From Acidimicrobiales bacterium (GTDB lineage: Bacteria > Actinomycetota > Acidimicrobiia > Acidimicrobiales > Bog-793), in the NCBI GenBank assembly GCA_049696635.1, contig JBAVUF010000160.1:1-48648 (forward strand): a stretch of DNA of 48,648 bases. Direction: 5' to 3'. Both the position numbers and the translations under genes were made by a program. Positions 1 to 7,726 of the stretch are shown in pieces. Under the pieces are notes generated by a model, which saw only the letters and a program-made list of their open reading frames with translations, had not been told where the DNA came from and did not search any database. How positions within the stretch are numbered: position 1 is the first letter of the stretch; each line of letters begins with the position of its first letter.

Positions 1-962
1 GCCTTCAGCAGTCCGACCCGCCGGGTGCCTTCCGCGAGGCGGCTCCCGACGAGGACCGCCACGCTCGCGAGTGCGAGCAGGCCGAGCAGCACGGTGCCGG
101 TAAAGAGGAAAGCTTGGTCGGTGCGCAGGTAGCCGGCGTCGTCGTAGGCGACTGCGGTCCATGGGTTGAGGAAGGGCGTCGTGGTGTCCACGGGGCCGCC
201 CTTGCTCTGCTGGAGTCCGTTGCTGTAAGCGTTTGCAAATGCGTCGACCGCGCGTGGTGACGCGTCGGACAGCTTGAGGTTCGAGATGTATGAGACCGGG
301 TCGGCCTTGGTTGCGAGGCTTCGCGCCGTCGCCTCGGTGGCCCAAATCAAGCTGTTGCCCGGAAAGCCACGGAACGCCGACGTGACGGCGAAGCCGACTA
401 CACGGAAGGGGTGACCGTTCAGCGAGATCGTCTGGCCGAGACGCAAGTTCGCCGTCTCGGCAAAGGAGCGCTCGATCACCACGCCCCCAGGTCGGAGCCA
501 CGTCCCATCGGTCACCTTGGGCTGGTCGACGGCGGCCACGCCAGACTCACGCCCTTCGACCTGCACTGATGTATCGATGTCCGTGCTGGCCATGTCGACG
601 CCGACCGGCCCGTTGTCGCCCACGATCGGATAGGGGCCGCTGTCGGCCACCACCCCCTTGGCATGGTTCAGCGCCACGAGCGCGGCGAGGTCCGCCGGCG
701 ACGTCACGCCGGTGTAGGGGTCATTTGCACTCTGGGCCACGACGTCGGGCCCATTCGTCGCTGACATGGTCTGTTGATAGGGATTGCTGTTCACGCCGTT
801 CAGCGCGAAGGCCAAGGAAAGCACGGAGGTGGCCGCTGCAATCGCGACCACGAAGAGGATGGCTTGGGCGACATGGTGCCGGAGATCGCTCGCTGCGAGA
901 CGGGCGAACAGCAGCGCGCGTCCCCTTGCTCCATGGCGTCGAGTGCCCCTCTGTTGCGTCAT
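1..962 (-). CDS. ABC transporter permease, FtsX/MacB-like (N-terminal part; runs off the left edge of the window)
   Basis: Absent from the supplied ORF track because no stop lies in the window. My minus-strand translation from ATG 962-960 gives MTQQRGTRRHGARGRALLFARLAASDLRHHVAQAILFVVAIAAATSVLSLAFALNG (TM1). A long extracytoplasmic stretch follows (..WLRPGGVVIERSFAETANLRLGQTISLNGHPFRVVGFAV..), then a second TM (LFTGTVLLGLLALASVAVLVGSRLAEGTRRVGLLK). A GAAGGA Shine-Dalgarno sits a few nt upstream, and the gene lies directly downstream of the ABC ATPase gene. Confidence 0.8.
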   Translation of the reverse strand, partial: MTQQRGTRRHGARGRALLFARLAASDLRHHVAQAILFVVAIAAATSVLSLAFALNGVNSNPYQQTMSATNGPDVVAQSANDPYTGVTSPADLAALVALNHAKGVVADSGPYPIVGDNGPVGVDMASTDIDTSVQVEGRESGVAAVDQPKVTDGTWLRPGGVVIERSFAETANLRLGQTISLNGHPFRVVGFAVTSAFRGFPGNSLIWATEATARSLATKADPVSYISNLKLSDASPRAVDAFANAYSNGLQQSKGGPVDTTTPFLNPWTAVAYDDAGYLRTDQAFLFTGTVLLGLLALASVAVLVGSRLAEGTRRVGLLK

Positions 963-985
963 GGCGTCCTTCGTTAGTTGATCGG

Positions 986-1735
986 TCACGACAGCCGCTC
1001 CCACTCGGCGAAGGTGCCGAGGTGCCCGTGCGAACCACCGGTGAGGTGTGTCTCGTCAACAAACGTGCCGTCGCGCATCGAGATCAAGCGGTCCGCGGTC
1101 GTGGCGATCCGCTCGTCGTGGGTGACGATTACCAAGGTGAGACCCTTGACTCGCAAGCTCTCCAATAGTCCGAGCACTTGGAACGCCGAAGCACTGTCCA
1201 AGTTGCCGGTCGGCTCGTCCGCAAGCACAATCGCCGGGTCATTCACGAGCGCTCGCGCGATCGCGACGCGTTGACGTTGGCCCCCGGACAGCATCGAGGG
1301 AAGGTGTCGCGCGCGATCCGCGAGGTCGACCTCTTCGAGGAGGGCATTGGCGCGTGCGCGAGCCTCGCTCGGCGAATAACCGGCGAGGAGGGCTGGTAGC
1401 TCGACGTTCTCCTGAGCGGTGAGCTCGTCCATCAGGTGGAAGGCTTGGAAGACAAATCCGATCTCGTCGCGGCGGAAGTACGCGAGGGCGCGTTCGGAGA
1501 GCTCCTCGACGCGTCGTCCCGCGACCGTCAGCTGACCAGCGCTCGGACGATCAAGACCGCCGATCAGGTGGAGCAGCGTTGATTTGCCACAGCCGCTCGG
1601 GCCCATCACCGCCACGGCTTCACCGCGGATCACGTCGAGATCGACCGAGTCGAGCGCGCGCACCAAGCCTTCGCCACTGCCGTAGTCCTTGCGCAAACCC
1701 TTGGCGTGCACGAGCACGGTGGTCGAGTCGTTCAT
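986..1735 (-). CDS. ABC transporter ATP-binding protein (MacB/LolD-like)
   Basis: Walker A GPSGCGKST, ABC signature LSGGQRQRVAIARAL, Walker B IVLADEPTGNLD and H-loop VTHD. The start overlaps the upstream PadR stop (ATGA at 1732-1735). Confidence 0.95.
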   Translation of the reverse strand: MNDSTTVLVHAKGLRKDYGSGEGLVRALDSVDLDVIRGEAVAVMGPSGCGKSTLLHLIGGLDRPSAGQLTVAGRRVEELSERALAYFRRDEIGFVFQAFHLMDELTAQENVELPALLAGYSPSEARARANALLEEVDLADRARHLPSMLSGGQRQRVAIARALVNDPAIVLADEPTGNLDSASAFQVLGLLESLRVKGLTLVIVTHDERIATTADRLISMRDGTFVDETHLTGGSHGHLGTFAEWERLS

Positions 1736-2259
1736 TTCGCAGTACCCCGTTTCGTCCAGGTCATCTCGCAGGCTTGCAACCAGCGCAGATCGGCTTGCAG
1801 GCGCAGCACGATGCCCTCGAGGAGCAACGCCGCGTCGGAATCCTTTGCCTCTTCCATCACCGCGCGCCCCACTTCTCGGAGACGCCGCAGGAGGTCGCGA
1901 CGTTGCGCGTCGATGAGGCTGATCGGGTCGGCGAGCGCGCCATGCGCGGCGGCGATGAGCTTCATGTGGAACTCGGCGAGGTCTGGCCGCGGCCAGCTCA
2001 CGTCCGACATCCAGGCCGTCACCCGCTCCTGTCCGTCAGGAGTGAGGCAGTAGACCTTGCGATCGGAGCGCTGGGTCGGCGCTTCGAGCCGCTGAACGAA
2101 GCCACCCTTCTCCAACCGGGAGAGGGTGACGTACATCTGTGCTTCGTTGATCCCTTCAGCCACCGGTCCAAGAGCCTGAGCCAGACGAGTCCGCAGCTCA
2201 TACCCGTGGGACGGCTCCTTCGCCAGCATCGCCAGTACGACTTCCTGCTGCACTCTCAA
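1732..2259 (-). CDS. PadR family transcriptional regulator
   Basis: Winged-helix PadR pattern: LAKEPSHGYELRTRL...MYVTLSRLEKGGFVQRLE...DRKVYCLTPDG. The track start is TTG at 2259, directly abutting GGAGG. GTG at 2253, 6 nt after GGAGG, is the more plausible start. It is the first gene of the padR-ABC ATPase-permease operon. Confidence 0.9.
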   Translation of the reverse strand: MRVQQEVVLAMLAKEPSHGYELRTRLAQALGPVAEGINEAQMYVTLSRLEKGGFVQRLEAPTQRSDRKVYCLTPDGQERVTAWMSDVSWPRPDLAEFHMKLIAAAHGALADPISLIDAQRRDLLRRLREVGRAVMEEAKDSDAALLLEGIVLRLQADLRWLQACEMTWTKRGTAK

Positions 2260-2302
2260 CCTCCCCTAACGGTTTAGTATACTAAACCGTTAGGGGAGGT
2301 TG
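2257..2302. promoter_or_regulatory. 46-bp perfect palindrome in the padR / marR divergent intergenic region (probable operator)
   Basis: CAACCTCCCCTAACGGTTTAGTATACTAAACCGTTAGGGGAGGTTG equals its own reverse complement, checked base by base. Its left arm contains the padR Shine-Dalgarno and start region. The function is inferred. Confidence 0.6.
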
Positions 2303-2376
2303 GTCAAGGTCGGTTTCCAACCTTCCAGGCGGTCGGCGAAGGTGCGAAGCCTTAGTGACCCACGCGGAACATCACC

Positions 2377-2892
2377 TTGCGATGCATCGCCAGCAGATGT
2401 ATCGTAACCGATGTGAATGCACAAGATGTCTTCCAACTCGGTCGGTGGCTGATGAAGATCGGCGAAGAAGCAATGCGTCCAAAGGGTGCTCCGGCCACCG
2501 CTCCGGGCGCGCGGCTGATCTTGATGAACGTCTTTGCATCGCAAGAAAGTTCCATCAGCGAGATTGCAACCCAGACGGGTCTGCCGCAGAGCTATGTCTC
2601 CGAGACGGTGGCAAAGTTCCGTGACCTCGGCGCCTTTGAAACTCGGTCCGATCCCTCTGATGGGCGTCGGACCCTTGTGCGAGTGAGCGAGAGCATTCCA
2701 AAAAAGGTCGCGCAGTTGGGTTCGGTGTCGGCAGATCAGGCGCTCATCGAAGCATTCGGGGAAGTCGATTTGGCAAGGGGGATGGAACTCGTCGCCGGTC
2801 TTGATGCGGCAGCCACCCAGTTGAAGACGACGCGAGGCCGACCCGGTTCGCCAGCGCATCGAATTGCTAGCGCGGGCGATGGCGAGAAGTAA
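2377..2892 (+). CDS. MarR family transcriptional regulator
   Basis: A wHTH segment typical of MarR: SISEIATQTGLPQSYVSETVAKFRDLGAFETRSDPSDGRRTLVRVSE. The true start is uncertain; GTG 2413 or ATG 2452 would give a more usual length of about 146-160 aa. Confidence 0.8.
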   Translation: MRCIASRCIVTDVNAQDVFQLGRWLMKIGEEAMRPKGAPATAPGARLILMNVFASQESSISEIATQTGLPQSYVSETVAKFRDLGAFETRSDPSDGRRTLVRVSESIPKKVAQLGSVSADQALIEAFGEVDLARGMELVAGLDAAATQLKTTRGRPGSPAHRIASAGDGEK

Positions 2893-3122
2893 TGCACGGG
2901 ATGTTGGGAGGTCTTCGCCTCTATTTCATTCGCGTTCATCCGGTCGTACGAGTGCTTCTTGGTTTCGGGCTTGTCGTTGTTGGTATTGGAATGCTGGTGG
3001 TCGGCGCAGGACATGGCCCAGGACTCATCATCGTGGGCTCGGTGATTGTGGTTGGAACGATTTCCAGTGTGCTGAGCGCGATGCGTGATCGTCGAATTGC
3101 CAAGCGCCACGACCGAGCATGA
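2892..3122 (+). CDS. small hydrophobic membrane protein (hypothetical)
   Basis: The 76-aa ORF has two hydrophobic helices (VVRVLLGFGLVVVGIGMLVVGAG / LIIVGSVIVVGTISSVLSA). Its ATG overlaps the MarR stop (TAATG). I recognise no homology. Confidence 0.45.
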   Translation: MHGMLGGLRLYFIRVHPVVRVLLGFGLVVVGIGMLVVGAGHGPGLIIVGSVIVVGTISSVLSAMRDRRIAKRHDRA

Positions 3123-3178
3123 CGAATGGCACGGGCGCGTTGGTGGGTAGACGGTCTGAAATAGGCCGCAGCACGTAG

Positions 3179-5143
<1,965 letters not shown>

Positions 5144-5183
5144 ACCGAGGTTGGAGTTCAGAGCACGATGACAGGAGGTCTCG

Positions 5184-5513
5184 ATGCCAAAGTTCCTCAC
5201 GATTGGCTACGGCGATCAGGCTGGCTACGACCGAACGGGCGAGGAAGTGAAAAATGCGGCCCACGCACATGATGCGGAGCTCCTTGCCAGCGGAGCGCTG
5301 ATGGCCCGTGCCGGGGCACCGGTACAAGTGCGCAATCACGAGAACGCAGGTGTTCAGACACAGCTGGTTGCCTTTATGCAGTCGGAGCTACCGATCGCAG
5401 GATTTATGGTGATCGAGGCAACCAATGCCGACGAGGCAATCCAACTCGTTGCGAAGACCCCGTGCGCAGTTGCTTACGGCGTGGTCGAGGTTTGGCCGCT
5501 TGTGATGTCGTAG
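5184..5513 (+). CDS. YciI-like (YCII/DGPF domain) protein
   Basis: 109 aa with family-typical N- and C-terminal patterns: MPKFLTIGYGDQAGY...ELLASGAL...GFMVIEATNADEAIQLVAKTPCAVAYGVVEVWPL. GGAGG lies upstream. Confidence 0.75.
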   Translation: MPKFLTIGYGDQAGYDRTGEEVKNAAHAHDAELLASGALMARAGAPVQVRNHENAGVQTQLVAFMQSELPIAGFMVIEATNADEAIQLVAKTPCAVAYGVVEVWPLVMS

Positions 5514-5692
5514 GCGCGCTGCTGATGCTGGTTCCGGGCGAGCATCACCTTGGTAAAAAATGCCGCCCGGATCGTCGCTCGTCGTGGTAGCGCACGCTAC
5601 GACAGGCCCGTATCAGATGGACATAATGGACAAAGTGCCCAACGGAACCGCACGTGAGAGATTTATAGGCGTCTACCTGGACGTTTCCCATA

Positions 5693-5738
5693 ACCTTGCC
5701 AAGGTGAGGGTCGCGGGTTCGAGTCCCGTCGTCCGCTC
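5693..5738 (+). repeat. tRNA-Gly(GCC) 3' half, copy 1 (att-core-like; not a complete tRNA)
   Basis: ACCTTGCCAAGGTGAGGGTCGCGGGTTCGAGTCCCGTCGTCCGCTC. It reads as anticodon loop TTGCCAA, then GGTGA, variable loop GGGTC, T arm GCGGG/TTCGAGT/CCCGT, and acceptor 3' strand CGTCCGC plus T. CCA follows at 5738-5740. No GCGGACG acceptor 5' strand or D arm lies upstream. Confidence 0.8.
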
Positions 5739-5745
5739 CAAAAAC

Positions 5746-7184
5746 GGGTCTTCGGATTCTGGCGGGGGTCGAACGTGTTCATCGAACGACGATCGATCCG
5801 AGCACCCGCCAGTTCGGCTTGCCTGCATAGAGCAACGCCCGGATCCGGTAGTTCTCGAAGTTCCTGAAGCCGAAGCCGATCCGCTTGATGCGCTTCACAA
5901 GATTGTTGAGCGCTTCGGTCGGTCCGTTGCTCACCTTGGCGAGGTGGTAGTTGCAGATCTTGTCGAACCAGCGCTCGATCGTTTTGCCGAGACGCTGGAT
6001 CTCGGGTGGCATCGCCTTCTTGAGACAGTGGGACACGAGCTCTGAGAGCAGCTTTTTCGCCTCGTCGGCATCGTCGGTCTTGTAGAAGTCACGCAGGCGC
6101 TCTTTCACCCGATAGGCGATCGCCACCTCGGCACCCGGATCGCCGAGTGCGAGCAGCGACCACAGGCGCTCGCTCCGCTCTGTGTCGAGCTTCTCCTCGC
6201 CCATTAACAGCGTCCGCCTCACCCGATACAAAGGGTCGTCTTTTCGCCCGCGGTGATGGAGCTGTTCGATCTGCACCCGCCGGCGGATCTCGTCGAGACA
6301 ACGATTGGCGAGTGAGACGGCGTGGAAGGAGTCGACCACCTGGTGAGCCTTCGGCAGAACGACCGAGTAGACCGCCGCGTAGGTGGCCGACATGTCGAGT
6401 GCTCCGAATCTGATTCGCTCCTTCCAGCCCTTTTCCTGCTTGTGCAAAAAGCCCGCCACCTCGGTGAAGTTGCGCGAGGGCAGGATGTCGATGATCTGGT
6501 GGTGCTCGACGTCACAGACGGTCGTCGCGTAGTCGCGATGACTGTGGGATGAGAGCTTCACGAACGAGGTCTCGTCTAATCCGATCGCCGTCGTCTTGTT
6601 CAGCCGCTTGCGATCCGCCGCCAAGAGCGCTTTGCCGTAGGTGGTGACGGCGTCGTTCACGGTGTGCCAGTCACAGTCGAGCTCTTTTGCCACCTCCGAG
6701 ACCGTCCGTCCGCCGCCGACCTGCATCGTCGCCCACTTGGCGGCCCGGGTCGTGAGCAGACAGTTCTTTGCCGCGATGCGGTGGTCTTTGAGGACGAATG
6801 ACCTCCTTTCACAGTCCGGTTCGACGCAGCGCATGCGGTGCTTTTTCCACGAAAGGCGCATCGGCGTGCCATAGACGGGGAGATCGATGTAGGTGACGAC
6901 GGGACGCTCTTTCACCTCGGTGTGACCACGACAGGAGGGGCAGCGGACGTCGCCAACTACCTGCTCGATCAGCAACTCGACGTCCGGCCCGCGGCGTTTG
7001 TAGTGCAGGACCCGGACGTCTTTGAGGCCCACCAGCGCCTGGAGGATCTCGCTAGCGTGCGTGAGGACGAAGGTGCTTCGTGTTTGGTTGGTCACACTCC
7101 AAGCTTGGAGCGCCTTCGTTTCACTTTTCGAACCCGGCCCGAGCGCGGGCTAGCCGCTAACTCCCCGCTGAGATCCGAAGACCC
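5746..7184 (-). mobile_element. ISL3-family insertion sequence, apparently intact (1439 bp)
   Basis: The terminal inverted repeats are GGGTCTTCGGATTCTGGCGGGG (5746-5767) and the reverse complement of CCCCGCTGAGATCCGAAGACCC (7163-7184); the outer 12 nt are identical. The element is flanked by an 8-bp direct duplication CCAAAAAC (5738-5745 and 7185-7192) and carries a single transposase ORF. Confidence 0.9.
5779..7095 (-). CDS. ISL3 family transposase
   Basis: 438 aa. It has an N-terminal zinc-ribbon CPSCRGH...C..PDC and ISL3 blocks: GLDETSFVK, ALDMSATYAAV, QVVDSFHAVSLANRCLDEIRRRV, NGPTEALNNLVKRIKRIGFGFRNFENYRIRALL. Confidence 0.95.
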   Translation of the reverse strand: MTNQTRSTFVLTHASEILQALVGLKDVRVLHYKRRGPDVELLIEQVVGDVRCPSCRGHTEVKERPVVTYIDLPVYGTPMRLSWKKHRMRCVEPDCERRSFVLKDHRIAAKNCLLTTRAAKWATMQVGGGRTVSEVAKELDCDWHTVNDAVTTYGKALLAADRKRLNKTTAIGLDETSFVKLSSHSHRDYATTVCDVEHHQIIDILPSRNFTEVAGFLHKQEKGWKERIRFGALDMSATYAAVYSVVLPKAHQVVDSFHAVSLANRCLDEIRRRVQIEQLHHRGRKDDPLYRVRRTLLMGEEKLDTERSERLWSLLALGDPGAEVAIAYRVKERLRDFYKTDDADEAKKLLSELVSHCLKKAMPPEIQRLGKTIERWFDKICNYHLAKVSNGPTEALNNLVKRIKRIGFGFRNFENYRIRALLYAGKPNWRVLGSIVVR

Positions 7185-7192
7185 CCAAAAAC

Positions 7193-7275
7193 TCGCAGGT
7201 CACACTCGCAGGTCACACTCGCAGGTCACACTCGCAGGTCACTCGCAGGTCACTCGCAGGTCACTCGCAGGTCAG
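7193..7275. repeat. tandem array: 3 x TCGCAGGTCACAC (13-mer), 3 x TCGCAGGTCAC (11-mer), 1 x TCGCAGGTCAG
   Basis: Read directly from the sequence. There are seven head-to-tail copies of the core TCGCAGGTCA. The array starts immediately after the right target duplication of the IS, so before the IS insertion it began 8 nt after tRNA-half copy 1. Confidence 0.95.
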
Positions 7276-7332
7276 GGGCGGGTCAGGGCACCGTTTTCGT
7301 TTCCTCGCGCCGTGGGTCCATTTAGCGCAGTC

Positions 7333-7425
7333 CATATAGCGCGATGTCTGGCGGGTCCTGGGACTTGACACATATAGCGCGATGCGAGGCAGTTGGAATT
7401 GACCTGGAATTGACCTGGACGTTTC
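7333..7425. promoter_or_regulatory. second repeat cluster upstream of the AEP-helicase gene
   Basis: CATATAGCGCGATG occurs twice (7333-7346 and 7371-7384). TGGAATTGACC is tandem x2 (7394-7415). ACCTGGACGTTTC follows at 7413-7425 and matches 5675-5687 at 13/13 positions. The function (origin, arm sites or operator) is inferred. Confidence 0.5.
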
Positions 7426-7726
7426 GATGCGATCATCACTACGCACAGGTTTGATGCCGGATCCCCCTGAGCGGTCAGCCGCACGATTTCAATCTTCAGC
7501 TGGCGCACTGTGGTGATGACGTCCGACTTGGTAGCGGTTCGTAACCGTTCCACGAAGACCGACCACGCGAAGCTCTGTGCCGGCCACGTTACTGAGCTTC
7601 GTGTCCGGAGCTGCATCGCCGCCTCACCGCGGTGAGCGCCAAGCACAGGATGGACAAAGAGCTTCATCGAGCACCACCTGAAGCTCCACCTGGGGCGACC
7701 CTCAAGAGGAGCGATCCGCGGGCTGC

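Noticed and set aside
5650-5740. A complete tRNA gene or a tmRNA 3' domain at the repeat copies.
   Set aside because: No GCGGACG acceptor 5' strand or GCTC...GAGC D arm lies within 90 nt upstream of any copy. The acceptor sequence and the absence of a GGGG...5' domain do not fit tmRNA.
5560-6045. Track ORFs 5560..6045, 11245..11631 and 18285..18515 (+) all contain KVRVAGSSPVV and could be taken for a repeated protein family.
   Set aside because: The shared peptide is the translation of the tRNA-Gly 3'-half repeat (GGTTCGAGTCCCGTCGTCCGC). The flanking residues are unrelated, and each ORF overlaps better-supported features.
7193-7275. The tandem repeat array as a CRISPR locus.
   Set aside because: The units are 11-13 nt and directly abutting, with no spacers. 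No cas genes are present.
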